A stretch of 62,479 bases of DNA, counting the filler, from Chiloscyllium plagiosum (lineage: Eukaryota), in NCBI RefSeq assembly GCF_004010195.1. It is 3 parts of one record of this genome, joined end to end, with 100 filler letters (N's around TTAATTAATTAA, not from the genome) between each part and the next. Parts side by side here need not be neighbours in the genome. Positions count along the whole stretch, not along the records: positions 1 to 15,385 come from NC_057712.1; 2 more parts are not named here. One strand, given 5' to 3'. This document shows positions 1 through 12,989 of the stretch, in pieces. Positions within the stretch are counted from its first letter, which is position 1; each line of letters starts with the position of its first letter. The translations under genes and the position numbers were made by a program. The notes beneath the pieces were generated by a model. That model made no database searches and was not told where the DNA came from. It saw only the letters and a list, made by a program, of their open reading frames with translations.

Positions 1-637
1 TGCTTTCCTTTATTGGTCAGAGTATTGAGTACAGGAGTTGGGAGGTCATGTTGCGGCTGTACAGGACATTGGTTAGGCCATTGTTGGAATATTGCATGCA
101 ATTCTGGTCTCCTTCCTATCGGAAAGATGTTGTGAAACTTGAAAGGGTTCAGAAAAGATTTACAATGATGTTGGCAGGGTTGAAGGATCTAAACTAAAGG
201 GAGAGGCTGAACAGGCTGGGGCTGTTTTGCCTGGAGCATCGGAGGCTGATGGGTGACCTTATAGAGGCTTACAAAATTATGAGGGGGATGGATAGGATAA
301 ATAGACAAAGTCGTTTCCCTGGGGTCGGGGAGTCCAGAACTAGAGGGCATAGGTTTAGGGTGAGAGGGGAAAGATATAAAAGAGAACTCAGGGACAACGT
401 TTTCATGCAGAGGGTGATACGTGTATGGAATGAGCTGCCAGAGGATGTGGTGGAGACTGTTACAATTGCAATATTCAAGAGGAATTTGGATGGGTATATG
501 AATAGGAAGGGTTTGGAAGGATATGGGCCGGGTGCTGGCAGGTGGGACTAGATTGGGTTGGGATATCTGGTCGGCATGGATGGGTTGGACCGAAGGATCT
601 GTCTCCATGCTGTACATCTCTATGACTCTATGACTCT
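1..637 (+). mobile_element. CR1-type LINE 3' end (RT C-terminus, 3'UTR, 8-bp tail)
   Basis: Translates to GDLIEAYKIMRGMDR...QRVIRVWNELP, typical CR1 ORF2 C-terminus; ends in ctctatgactctatgactc. Confidence 0.92.
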
Positions 638-891
638 TGCCAGTGACCTATACCAGAATTTCCAGCATGAACATTTCTTTCCAAAAGGCACATTTCCATA
701 ACACCACTTTACACAGGAAAAGGGATGCAGGGATAAAGGCAATAGAGGTTGGGGGGCAGTGAGTGGTGAAGACAAAAATAGAGAAAAAAATACTTTACAC
801 AAATTTCCATTTAAAATTAAAAGAAATAATTATATATTTCTTCCATTACAATGGTAATAAATGTATAATAACACTTAGAATAATAACCTAC

Positions 892-1106
892 CACAATAAT
901 TTGTAGAAAGACCTCATGTTGCCTCACATTGTATAAAGCCTCCTTCAGTTTATCATGTAACCCATTTTCTTCATACCACTGTGCTCTGCTTTTCTCCAGC
1001 CTCTCGATAATAGACGTATAGTGGTAGATAAGCTGCTGCGTGGCTTGTAGCTCAGACTCAACATTTTGTTTGGTTGCTGGCACAGCTTCATTTAGAATGG
1101 CAGGCA
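892..1106 (-). CDS. CFAP206: CFAP206 coding exon (LPAILNEAVPATKQ...KEALYNVRQHEVFLQIIV)
   Basis: acag|TG at 1107-1108 and GTG|gtaggt at 890-891; 215 nt, phase 1 to 0; resembles recalled human CFAP206 LPAVLHVAIPAT...LKEALYNIRQYEVFLQIIL. Confidence 0.92.
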
Positions 1107-1189
1107 CTGTGTTTGCAAATGTATTTCAATTATACAGAAGTAACTTAAGATAATCGCAGTGAGAGTTAGCATGAGATGAACAATTTGGA

Positions 1190-2294
1190 AATAAGTTGCA
1201 GCCGTGGCGGGTTTATAGTTTATAATAAACTCCTACCTCGGAACTTGATTCTAAAGGAGAGGTTAATGGGTTTTCGGTTTTATGAGGATGACATTTTTTT
1301 CAAAGAGAATCAGGAAGTACCTTTTAAATTGGGGGTTAAACAGCAATTTCCAAACTACCATGTGACTTAAGCTAAATGACCAGACAAGCTATTTGATGAT
1401 GGTTGAAGTGTTTACTGAGCTGAGATTTTACATCCCAGTGGGAGACAGATGGAGAGGGCAGAAGCAGAACCGGGTCCAGTTCAGAAGGAAAGATTCACAT
1501 CAACCGGGTAAGTTGTTTAACCTAACAGTATTCAAAATAGGGGGACAAGACCTGAGATTTTCTTAGAGTTAGTGAGGAAACATCTGTGTGTATCTTGGGA
1601 AGGAAATGATTATAAAGAAAATCATAGCTGGTGAACGTGCAGAAATTCATTGAAAGAACACTGTTTGCGACTTTGTCAGTTGAGTCAGAAATTTTAGAGT
1701 AGTGAACTTGGGTTTGAGGAGGTTAAGTATCCATAAAGAACATTGTAGGGGATAGAGGGTTGAATCTTTTGCTCATTATGATAACAGCTTTCCAAACCAT
1801 CTCAAGTGGAATTGACTTTATATACTTATTGATTTTTTAAAAAATTAATTCATTCACAGGATATGTGCATTGTTGGTCAGACCAGCATTTATTGCTCAGA
1901 GGACAGTTTAGAGTCAGCCACATTACTGTAAACTTGGGAGTGACGTGTAGGCCTGACAAAGTAAGGATGCAGTTTCCTTCCCCAAAGGATATTAGGGAAT
2001 CAGAGGGGTTTTCCCCAACCACCAACAATGGTTTCATGTCATCATTAGCCTATTTACTTCAGAATTTTGTTTAAATTGAATTCAAAATGCCACCATCTGC
2101 CATGGTGGGATTGAAACCAGATGTACCAGAACATTACCTGGGTCTCTGGATTAATAGTCTAGTGGTAACACCACTTGGCCATCGTGTCTCTTTGTTCTTT
2201 TATTAAAAGAATATTTGCAGCTCTTGTGTCTATCAAACCAGATTTCACTCTTGGAGCTGACTTGTCCAATATTATCACCAGCTAGGATCATAAC
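1190..2294 (+). mobile_element. Possible old solo LTR, interrupted by a SINE
   Basis: Right end ...attaaaag...gctaggatcataaca has an LTR-like polyA signal and ...AACA terminus; left boundary is a guess. Confidence 0.25.
1838..2185 (-). mobile_element. tRNA-derived SINE (second family, tail shared with the LINE at 12990-13862)
   Basis: Reverse complement matches the plus-strand copy at 22680-23020 (ggcctacatgtgactcc...gcaataaatgct...A-rich tail). Confidence 0.65.
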
Positions 2295-2574
2295 ACAAGC
2301 TCACCGAAATACAGAAGGATCAAGTTAAAATAGATGCATTTTACCGCAACCAACAGATCAGATTAATGCTTCACTATCTGATCACACTCAGTTATGTGTA
2401 ATGGTAGACAATTCAAACAACAATAAGGAGCAGGCACCTCCATAAATACTCCCTCCTGAAAGCTGGGGAGTCCTGCACACGTGGTTTGTGTCGTGTAGAT
2501 CTCGCTCTGGCTTTGGAGATACAGGAGTTGAGTTACTTACTGCCAAACTCCCAGCTTTTGGCCTACACAGTATC

Positions 2575-2980
2575 AATACAGCTGGTCCAGGTCAGTTTCT
2601 GATCAATAGTTACTCCTAGGATGCTGATGTTAGGAGATTCAGCAGTGGTAATGTCATTGAATCTGAAACAGAGATAGTGGGTTTGCTATTGTTTTCAGAA
2701 GGGAATTGTCTGGTGCTTGTGTGGCATTGATGTTGCTTGTCAATTATCAGCTCAGGCCTGACTGTTGTCTGAGACTAACTAATTGTAGACACACAGATTG
2801 CTTTACTACCTTAAAGATGCAAATGGTACGCAAGCTACCTCACTTCTGACATTATGATGGAGGAAAGGTTACTCATGGAGCAGTTGCAGATGGTTTAGCC
2901 ATGGACCCCTGCAGTGATGTTGTGTGCCTGAGGTGATTGATCTCCAACAACCATAACTATCATTCTTTATGTTAGGTAAT
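2575..2980 (-). mobile_element. Old LINE RT fragment (same family as 12990-13862)
   Basis: Colinear similarity with 13540-13860 (ttctgatcaatag...cttctgacattatgatgg...cagttgcagatgg). Confidence 0.6.
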
Positions 2981-3497
2981 GTGTTACAGTAGCACACAAA
3001 GTTTTGTTATTTAGGGTCTCTTTAAAATCAATATTTCCTAGAATTTCCCATGTAACATGAGATTTTTAAATGCTTTTACAGCAGAAATTAGTTTTAATCA
3101 CCACGATTGCCAAGGGCACAATATTGCATTAAGATGACATCAAGGAATTATGTAGCTCTGTACACATCCTATTATTGATGCAGTGTTTTGGGAAAATAGG
3201 AAGTTTTGTTCTTAGAAGAAATGGCAACTAACAGTCAGAGGTGGGTAAGGGGACAGCAGTCATCTGATATCATGTGGAACATGTGATTGACACAGCCCCT
3301 AGAAATAGGGTATCACAACAAGTGCTCAGAGTCAGAGGGCAGTCCTAGTCAGGGAACAGTCTTCTTCAGTTGCAAGGTGAACCAAAAGTAGTTGAGGTTG
3401 TTTCCCAGCTATTTTACTTTACAACTTGAAAGAGTTGCTTTCAAAACTTGAAAGAGATTGACACATTCTGTGCCAATTTCAAGTTTCTCCCTATCGT

Positions 3498-3812
3498 GGG
3501 CAGCATGGTGGCTCAGTGGTTAGCACTGCTGCCTCACAGCACCAGGGACCCAAGTTTGATTCCCACCTTGGGCGACTGTCTGTATGTAGTTTGCACATTC
3601 TTCCTATGTCTGCTCGAGTTTGCTCCGGTTTCCTCCCACAATCCAAAGATGTGCTGGTCAGGTGAATTGGCCATGCTAAATTGCCCGTAGTGTTAGGTGC
3701 ATTAGTTAGGGACAAATATAGGGTAGGGGAATGGATCTGAGTGGGTGTCTCTTTAGAGGGTCGGGTTGGGCTGAAGGGCCTGTTTCCATACTGTAGGGAA
3801 TCTAATCTAATC
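3498..3812 (+). mobile_element. HE1-type V-SINE
   Basis: tRNA-like head gggcagcatggtggctcagtggttagcactgc, V-domain ctccggtttcctcccacaatccaaagatgtg, (aatct)n tail. Confidence 0.88.
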
Positions 3813-4130
3813 AGTGAGCCATCCTCAAATGTCACGGGTTGTACGCTTTCTTTGCTTAATTAAACTTATGTATCATATCAAATCCCTGCTGCTCAATAAG
3901 CTTAAGAATCTGAAAATTCCTTATAAATGGTCAACTGCATATACTTGGACAACTGTGATCCTGGAGCCTTAAATTCAAACAAATGGAATTTTACATCAAA
4001 ATTGGATACAGGGTTTACCTACTGATATTCAAAATGTGGAATTTAGGGAAAATTTACTTTAGAATTTTAACAGTCAAATCTAGAAGCCTAACTACATGGT
4101 TTGAAATCTTTTTCACAATACAGTACTTAC

Positions 4131-4289
4131 AGTCATCAATGCCTTCACCACCCTTCTTACAGTTCTTATTGAACAGCCGAATGCCAGTGACAATCATACT
4201 TAGTTCATTCAACTGTCGCTCCTTGTCCTTTTTTGTGAGAGCAAGAAAGGTACCCAGTTCCACTTGTGGAAAAACACTTTGCAGAGCAG
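4131..4289 (-). CDS. CFAP206: CFAP206 coding exon (AALQSVFPQVELGTFL...GGEGIDD)
   Basis: tag|CT at 4290-4291, T|gtaagt at 4129-4130; 159 nt, phase 1 to 1; near-identical to recalled human AALQSVFPQAELGTFLTLSKKDKERQL...GGEGIDD. Confidence 0.96.
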
Positions 4290-4899
4290 CTAAGTAAAGA
4301 AAAGTCAACAGGAAAAATAAGGTGCATTATGTCATCAGTAAAAATACTTCATGAAGGATACTATTAGCAGAGAGAGAGAGAGAGTGCAACAAAATCTGCA
4401 ATCTGGAGTCTGCTCGTTGTTCAGTTCCTCATCACTTCTAGGATGATGGCATTGCCAGCCGTCTGGTCGAGTGGAAATCCTACCTTTAGCCTGTTAACAC
4501 TATCGGAGCACAAGCAGTTTTGTTCACTATTGGACAGCAAGCATAGGTGGCGATTGGTGTTCCCTGTCAATGCTTTGAAAAGTGTGCCACCTAAAAAACA
4601 TCTGCCCTAGCTTGTCAAATCACAACCTGAAAGCAATATTTGAATAAGATTGCAGCTTTGTAGTTCTCACTAACTGTCCAGTATTCTCAGAGAGTGGCTT
4701 CTCTCAGTTAAGGATCCTCCTTCCTACTTGCTCATGGTGGACCTGTGAGCACTTTAAGACTCCATACTTGGAACACTCCTTGTCATCCACATGTTGCTCC
4801 TTGAGCACATTGTCCATTGATGACATCCAGCATATTTTTCCAACTAGCCCTGACCTCAGGATTCACACTGAGATGAGTCATTGGACATTTGATCAGGCA

Positions 4900-5850
4900 C
4901 CAAAGTCACATGTAGGTAAGAATTTGCTCCAATTCAGACTCCACACTTTATCTCATCCCGATCCTGGCATGTTTGCTTCAGCTGGACACAGCAGGGCACA
5001 ACCTTAGTGTCCTACATGACTCCAAGTTAAACTTCAAAGCTAAACTCAGCCAGGATTGGAGGTTCCTATTGGGCAAAGCTGCTCACTTCATATATTGACT
5101 GATCTCAAATTCTACCTCAACAACTTTGGTGCTCAAATCCTTCCACTGTTCTTTCATCACTTCTGGGTTTGGGTGATCTAATATTTTCCTTATCAGTCCC
5201 TCATATTCTGCAAATGTCTGAATGATTAAAGTTCTTCTGAAATAACACTAAGTTTCATCATCTCCAGCATTAATTCCCTATCCATCAGTGCATCCATAAC
5301 AAAATCCTTAGCTTCATTTAAAATGCTGCAAACACCTCAGCTTTCCCCTTCCACTGTAATCTCCTCCAGCACTCTACGTTAATACATAAAATCCATTCTT
5401 TTGAGCATAGCTTTCCCTTCATCCTCTGTCCTTTGCCTTTGCTTCTCATGCCTTCATCTAACTTGATCCAAACTTTGAAATGCTTCCTGTAAACCAGTGC
5501 TTCCGAAACCTTTCCCTTTGTGACCCTCATCTCATGGTCAAAAAGTTGGTGTAAACTTTGCCTTGGAAATGTCAGAGCAGGGGTACAGCTGGGATTACTT
5601 GCTCAGGACTCCATGTCAATCATTGCTGCGTCAGAACCTCCAAACCACCCCACTTGGGGTCCTGGCCTGCACTTGAGGAAGCACTGCCCGAAGCCTTTCT
5701 GCCTGCCTACCTATCTCACTCCTTTCAAAATGCACCACTTTGGGCAAGCTTCCAGTCACTTCTCTGAATACATGGTTCTGTGTCAGTTTTCGCTTCGATG
5801 GAGGGGGCTAAGAATATTTGATTACATTCAAGTTTTTGTTACATATTAAA
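4900..5850 (+). mobile_element. Decayed L2-type LINE 3' portion
   Basis: Pyrimidine-rich, L2-like 3' motifs (ctcaaattc...ctcaaatccttcc; ctacctatctcactcctttcaaaatgc...tttgggca); boundaries approximate. Confidence 0.4.
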
Positions 5851-5876
5851 AGATGAAGAGAAATTACATCACCTAC

Positions 5877-6065
5877 CGGTTGCCTCTCTCACTACACTTA
5901 GTTCAGTGGGAGAGCCAAGGCCTGAGTGCAGCAGCATGTAGCTTACAATTTTACGGTAAAGACATTCAAATTCATCCCGTGTCCTAGCGCGACTGTCTGT
6001 GATTTCTCTGCATACTGGGGCCAACCTAGATTCCAAGACACTGCGATGCTCAGCGAGAAATTCCG
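5877..6065 (-). CDS. CFAP206: CFAP206 coding exon (AEFLAEHRSVLESRL...SGLGSPTELSVVREAT)
   Basis: tacag|CG at 6066-6067, G|gtaggt at 5875-5876; 189 nt, phase 1 to 1; resembles recalled human EFLEEHHRVLESRL...SGLGSPTDIKTVREVT. Confidence 0.96.
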
Positions 6066-6234
6066 CTGTAGTGAGGTAATGAAAACAGCTCAGTGCTAAT
6101 TTGTAATTCCGCAAAAACATAGAAACGATATATAGAAAGATATTTGCAATTTTTCTGTGTCATTTCTTATGGTCTCATTAGTTATTGTATGGAAAGTGCG
6201 AACATTAACCCAATAAGCTTGAGTGACCAGGACA

Positions 6235-6935
6235 AGTGAAGTTGTTTTTTTGCGCTCAGCCAAGGATTCTCTTCCGCTATTGTTGACAGACTCCTCAACT
6301 GTGACTATGTTATTTCCCACATTTCTGGTCTCACCATCTTCCTTCCCTTCCAGAACTAGGATAGGGTTCCCTTTGTCCTCATCTTCCATTCCCGTGAACC
6401 TCCACATTTGTCAGATCTTCCTCTGCTATTTCTCCCACCTCCAGTGTGATGCCAACACTCAACACTGTTCCTTCCTTTTTCCGTTCAATATGTTAAATGC
6501 ACAACTTCCTCTGTGACAAGTTGACTCCTCAGTCAACCCCGGCACCTTCTTGTGCAAGCGCAGGAGATACAACATCTACATTTTATCCATTCCCTTCTCA
6601 CTGTCTAAGGCCTAAACACCCCTTTCTGGGTGACACAGCTACTATTTGTACTTCTGTCAATTTAATATACTGTATTTGATGCTTATGGTATGATCCCTTT
6701 ATCCCAGGGAAGACCAAATCCATATTTGGTGCCTGATTTGCAGAACACCTATGTTAAGTCCACAGCTCATGTTTGTGATGGCTGTCACTTTAATTCTCCC
6801 CCACATCCTCACCGTGCCCTCTCTGTTCTCAGCATCCTACATTGTTCCAATGAAACTCATTGCATGCTCAGAAAAGTACCTTCAGTTCTGATTGGACACT
6901 TTACAGTTTTCTTGAGTTCAACAATTTTAGATCCT
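6235..6935 (+). mobile_element. Old Penelope-like element fragment (RT C-terminus to GIY-YIG)
   Basis: Colinear decayed similarity with 38560-39300 (gatagggttcccc.ttgtcctca; ggcaccttc...tgcaagcgcaggagat; cactttaattctcc). Confidence 0.6.
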
Positions 6936-9166
6936 AACTTCTGCCACCATTTGATCAGAGAGCATCTGCTGGTGATCGTACTGCTATTATAGTTAAACCT
7001 CCTCCTGACTCATCTTTTGTTTCTCTTTTGGCTCCTTACCACACTCTTTTGCTTGACTGTGGGTGGACTCATGTCTGCTGTCCCCAGAATGAAATCACTC
7101 AGTGGGTAGACAAGTGCCAATGTGGGTTGGTTAGAAGGTCCACTTTTATTCTCTGGAACTTTGCCCCAGTTGCTTAGAAGATTTTAGATCCTTTACACTT
7201 CCCTCACCTCACTGGACGCACCCTATATCAACACCCCCCCAACCCACCATTTGTCCATTCTCCATGGCCATTTATATTTTCCAATATACACCATATCATG
7301 CACACATTCCCCTCATCTCTTCTCTTCCCACTAAATACCTCCATGGCCCCTTATATTCTCCATGCCAACTCAATGCTAACTGAAGTCTCCCTAAATGTCT
7401 ACAATGATCCCTTATCCTCTCAAACTGAGGCTTGGCTGTGAGCCCAAGCCAACAAAAGAATTTGCTCATCATGGGTATCTGTTTAGAAAACTAAAGTCAA
7501 TTGTTGACTTTTCTTGATTGACATCTCCAGAGGTATGAAATTGATGAGGCCTCTGTTATTGATGTTTCAGTGGGTTGTCTAATTGGCACTTCTATCAGGG
7601 TGTGGGCACAGCATTTTCAAAAGGAAGATTAGTGAATGAGTGTTTTTGTCTTATTCCACATTTGCCACTTTTATTACATGGTTCACTGCTTAGACCTTAA
7701 TGGGCTTGGAAAGATTGGGCATTGGCATTTTGTATAAAGTAAAAATTATATCCTAAAATTCTAAAAATAAAGACTCTATGACCTGGAATAACTTCACAAG
7801 CTTGTAGCCAGGTCCTGTAATGGCCCTATACTGTATACTTTAAGCAAAAGGGCTATTTACAACTGATTTGTATTACATCTGAAGGGGCATGCATTCTTGT
7901 ATATAACTCTTAATTGAAAAACTGTAGCCCTGATGGGAGTGTTTCCCATATTTTCTGACACACTGATGGGAGTGTTTCCCATATTTTCTGATATGTCACA
8001 TTTGAAAGTGAGGCACAGGCAAATTTAATATAATTTTTAAAAGCTTTTTTAAAAAAAAATCCCTCCTGCTTAATTTTATTATTACTTCCTGTAAATTAAT
8101 AGAATATTTAAATCATCTTTATCGCTTTATGACTTTTCTTCTTACTCTTTTTGCTTAGATTTAGACAATTATTTCTATGTTGACCCTCACACCAGTCTTT
8201 GGGTTTATAACATTCTGAAGAACTTTGATTGAGTGAATACAGAAAGTCAATTCCGTGACTGGGAAGCCTTGATTGAGCAATTGCCAATGAGACAGTGAGA
8301 AGAGGTTAAGAGAATATTCTTTCCAGAAAGAATTGTAGCACTTTGGAAGACACTGCCTCAGAGAATGGTTGAAAGGGACTGATAAATCTTTAAAGGGAAG
8401 AATTTGAGGTAAAGGTAGAAGCAGGGCTCAAGGGAGTGAAGGGAGCATTGGGATTTATTCTTGATCCCTTGTGCAAAGATGTGACTCAATACTTAAAGGG
8501 ATGAATGAGCTCTTTCTGTGCTCCAACCATCTACAGTTTCGAAGTCTTTTAAAACCTCCTTCAAACCATGCTTGAAACCTCACTGCAGCAGATGCCTCTG
8601 AAAGCTCACCCATTCTACCAGGATGTGGAATAGATTATTTGAGGATTAGATTGTTATTAATAGACTGTCAGAGTGGCAGAGAAAGCAGTCGAAGCAGAAA
8701 ATGTCATTGGGTAGACATTTTGTTTGTGTCTCTGCAAAAGGCTATGTTTAAAGGGGTGTCAGAATGTGGTGTTCAGGGACAAGTTACAGGGACAAGTTCA
8801 TGACAAGTTCACAGCAAAATTCTCTTGAGAGAAGGAAGAAATGCTTGACACGTTTACTGCTGATGTTTCTATGGATGTCACTTGACCTACTAAGTACTTC
8901 ATCGAGATAAGGTTTTCTTGGGTTTCTGAGCAATTTGTCTGTAATTTGTCTGGTACAATCTGAAACGGCTAAAAGATATGGGGAGTACATTTCTTTTCAA
9001 AATGCTTGACCTTTGCAAATGTAAAATGGACAGATCAGAGAGAGCCCAAAAACATGAGATATAAAGAAAATACAGTCTAATGGAAGATTGACTTCAAGCT
9101 TAGTAATTTCGATCAACCTAACTTTTTAAAACAGTTTGCCTGAAAAAGGTAATAAGGGAAACTGAC

Positions 9167-9257
9167 CTCTACTTGTGTAATTCATATCAAAGTAAACTTG
9201 CATCTTGATTGTGTCAAGAGATGACCGTTGTGTTTCAAGCAATCTGTCCACACAAGT
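9167..9257 (-). CDS. CFAP206: CFAP206 coding exon (TCVDRLLETQRSSLDTIKMQVYFDMNYTSR)
   Basis: Translated by hand (below ORF-track cutoff); tag|ACT at 9258-9259, G|gtcagt at 9165-9166; 91 nt, phase 0 to 1; contains conserved SLDTIKMQVYFDMNYT. Confidence 0.96.
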
Positions 9258-9715
9258 CTAGAAAATAAGTGTTGATGGTCTTGTTAAAAAGCAAAATTGA
9301 AATAAAAAATATTCTGAATTATCCATTTAGGCCAGAAAATCCACAGTTGTACCTCTAAAGTTCTGGTTTATGTTCAAAATAAAGATGACAAGATTCCAGG
9401 AACATGCAGTAGAAGGACACAAGGTTAGTTAACTTATTCCTCGCAGTGTGACAGAAATGGCCAAGTAATACATCCAGGCTTGTGAGTTCAGGTTCAGATG
9501 AGGGGGCCCATAACTTATATGCATTTGATGGGCCGAATGTTATCCTTTTATATCATTATGAATACAACATTCTATGTATGCACCAAAAACAATGACTTGC
9601 ATTTTTATATCATCTCTAACGTGGTAAAAGGTCAAGTGAGTAAATAAAATTTAACAAGCAATAGCGCATTGACCCTATCTGAATTTCTTTCCCACTTAGT
9701 TATTGCAACCATCAT

Positions 9716-10075
9716 AGGACCATAAGAAATATGAATAGGAGTCTGCCCATGAGTCTGCTCCATCATTCAATAGGATCATGGCTGATTTGACATTCCTTAC
9801 ATCCAATTTCCTGCATTTTTCCCCATTATCCTTGATTCCCCTATTGATCAAGAATCTATCACCTACCTCAGCCTTAAATACACACAAGGACTCTGGCCCC
9901 ACAGCTCTCTGTGGCAAGGGGTTCCAAAGACTCTGAGAGAAGAAATTCCTCCTTGTCTCAGTCTTAAATTGGTGTCCCTTAATTCTGCAACTCCTGGTGC
10001 TGGACTCTCCCATGAAGGGAAGTCTCCTCTCAGCAGTTACCCTGTCAAGCCCCTTAAGAATCCTTTATGTTTCAA
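9716..10075 (-). mobile_element. CR1-type LINE 3' end
   Basis: Minus ORF GESSTRS...FKTETRRNFFSQ.LWNPLPQRAV. Confidence 0.8.
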
Positions 10076-10261
10076 AGTGTGCAAGCTGGCAACCCCTGTC
10101 CTCAATGGTTTACAACAAGTGAAAAGTGTAGTTTGGTTCTGCCATTCTACAGCAAGCAGAAAGACAGTAATCTGGTAATATCGATTTCTGCCTCAACCAC
10201 AACATGTCTCACTTCCATGGTCAGCAAACAAGAATATTATTGGGAAATAGAACACCAGTAA

Positions 10262-10563
10262 AGGTGGTTGCACTGCTGCATCACAGCACCAGGGACCCAG
10301 GTTCAATTCCAGCCTCGGGCGACTGTCTGTGTGGAGTTTGCACATTATCCCCGTGTCTGCGTGGGTTTCCTCTGGATGCTCCCGCTTCCTCCCAAAATCC
10401 AAAGATGTGCAGGTCAGGTGAATTGGCCATACTAAATTGTCCACAGTGTTAGATGCATTAGTCAGAGTGAGTTGGGTCTGGGGGGGGGTGTTGCTCTTCG
10501 GAGGGTCGCTGTGGACTTGTTGGGCTGAAGGGCCTGTTTCCACACTGTAGAAAATCTAATCTA
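10262..10563 (+). mobile_element. HE1-type V-SINE (head slightly truncated)
   Basis: Same body and (aatct)n tail as 3498-3812. Confidence 0.85.
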
Positions 10564-10599
10564 AGTGCTCCTGAATCGGAAAGGGAAGAGACAACCTGG

Positions 10600-12302
10600 G
10601 AAAATGAATGCAGTAGGGACTATTTAGCTGATTTGGCAGGAAGGCCTGATGTTAGGAAGGAGGATGTGCTGAAAATTTTGAAAAACATAACGATAGATAA
10701 ATCCCCTGGTCCAGTGCTGTGCTGTTCCAGCAATAAAGTTTCAACTTTGATCTCCAGCATCTGCAGACCTCACTTTCTCCTTCCAGACAGGATATACCCA
10801 AGATTGCTATAGGAAACGAGGGAAAAGATTGCTGCGCCTTTGGTTATGATCTTTGCGTCCTCATTGTCCACTGGAGTAGTACCAGATGATTGGAAGGTTG
10901 AAAATGTTATTCCTTTGTTCAAGAAAGGGAATAGGGATAATTCTGAGAATTATAGACTCCTATGTCAATGGTGGGCAAAGTATTAGAGAGGATTCTGTGG
11001 GACAGGGTTTATGGTTACTTGGAAAACCATAGTTTGATTAGAGATAAACAGCATGGCTTTGTGCGGGGCAGGTCAAGCCTCACAAACCTGATTGAATTCT
11101 TTGAGGATGTGACAAAACACTTTGATGAAGGTAGAGCAGTGGATGTGGTGTACGTGGATTTTAGCAAGGTGTTTGATAAAGGTCCCCATCATAGGGTCAT
11201 TCAGAAAGTAAGGAGGCATGGGATACAGGAAATCTGGCTGTCTGCATACAGAATTGGCTGGCCCATAGAAGACAGAGGGTGGTCGTAGATGGAAAGTATT
11301 CAGTCTGGAACTTGGTGACCAGTGGTGTTCCGCAGGGACGGTTCTGGGACCTCTGCTCTTTGTGATTTTTACAAATGACTTGGATGAGGAAGTGGAAGTG
11401 TGGGTTAGTAAGTTTTCTGATGACACAAAGGTTGGTGGAGTTGTGGATAGTGTGGAGGGCTATTGTAGGTTGGAACAAGACATTGACAGGATGCAGAACT
11501 GGGCTGATAAATGGCAGATGGAGTTCAACCTGGAAAAGTGTGAAGTAATTCATTTTGGAAGATTGAATTTGAATGCAGAATACAGGGTTAAAGACAGGAT
11601 TCTTGGCAATGTGGTGGAACAGAGGGATCTTGGGGTCCATGTCCATAGATCCCTCAAAGTTGCCAACCAAGTTGATAGGGTTGTTAAGAAGGCATATGGT
11701 GTGTTAGCTTTCACTAGCAGGGGAGTTGAGTTTAAGAGCTGTGAGGTTATGCTGCATCCCGGTAGAGCCCTGGTTAGACCACACTTGGAATATTGTGTTC
11801 AGTTCTGGTTGCCTCATTATAGGAAGGATGTGGAAGCTTTAGAGAGGGTGCAGAGAAGATCTACCAGGATACTGCTTGGACTGGAGGGCATGTCTTATGT
11901 AGAAAGGTTGAGAGAGCTAAGGCTTTTCTCATTGGAGCGAAGATGGATGAGAGGTGGCTTGATGTTGAGAGGCATAGATAGAGAGAGTGGATAGCCAGAG
12001 ACTTTTTCCCATGGCGGAATGTCTATCATGAGGTGGCATAATTTTAAGGTAATTGGAGGAAGGTTTGGGGAGATGTCAGAGGTAGGTTCTTTACAGAGTG
12101 TGGTGGGTATGTGGAATGCACGGCCAGCGGTGGTAGTAGAATCAGATATATTAGGGACATTCAAGCAACTCTTGGATAGACACATGGAAAATAGTTCAAT
12201 GAAGGGTATGTGGTTAGTCTGATCTTAGAGTAGGATAAAAGGCCGGCATAACATTGAGGGCCGAAGGGCCTGTACTGTGCTGGACTGTTCTATGTTCTAT
12301 GG
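10600..12302 (+). mobile_element. CR1-type LINE, RT domain to 3' tail, frameshifted
   Basis: QHGFVRGRS, VYVDFSKVFD, VPQG, NDLD...KFSDDTK, RPHLEYCVQFW motifs; (tgttcta)n tail. Confidence 0.93.
10715..10781 (+). mobile_element. Penelope-derived 3' terminal fragment inserted in CR1
   Basis: tgctgtgctgttccagc...ctcactttctcc matches the tail at 39900-39961; flanked by tccag/tccag. Confidence 0.7.
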
Positions 12303-12989
12303 AACTAGAAAAGGTCAGTGATTGCCAGAAAATAGCCAATAATTATTTAACATTAATTCAGTGGTTTGTATAGCATAGAGGAAGGAAAGGCCATTTGGTC
12401 TACCTGGTTCATGCTGTTTCTCTGCACAAGCAGTTTAGCTAATTACACACCTCTGTTTTTAAACAAGGGTAATGTTTCCAGGTACTGTAGCAAGGTGATG
12501 GAGATAGAAGTTACTCAGAACCACACCCACAGTGGGCTGCTCAGTGACATATCACTTCATTTCATCCTCATAATCAGAACGTCTCACCACACGTACTCTA
12601 CCTGTCAGAGGTAACTTAGAGCAGTCGGGAATGTGAGGATTGGAAAAGACTGGTTCAAAAATGCTGTATTTTTGAATGGGCAAAGTCGACAGTCAGGGAA
12701 CAGTCCAGACACGATCAGTTTAAAAAGCTAGAGCAGAGAAAACTCAAAGGATACATTCAGCCTCAAATATACACTGCCTGCTTTTTACTCTTCAATGTAT
12801 TAAACTCAATTTGCCCTCCCTATACCCGGTACCTGCTAGACAGGTTAAATTAAATTTAGCCCCTGAGAAGTTAGACAGCACCAGGCATTCGACCGTTCAT
12901 TCTTATCAATGACCAAAACAAAGTGTGACAGTCATGCGTTTATAAGCTCTGGTATCTTAATTAACTGGTAACTCTGGATTACTGCACTT

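Noticed and set aside
11362..11994. CR1 and Penelope ORFs as host or domesticated genes (also 20608, 31387, 33578, 38193)
   Set aside because: Truncated, frameshifted or stop-interrupted multicopy transposon remnants.
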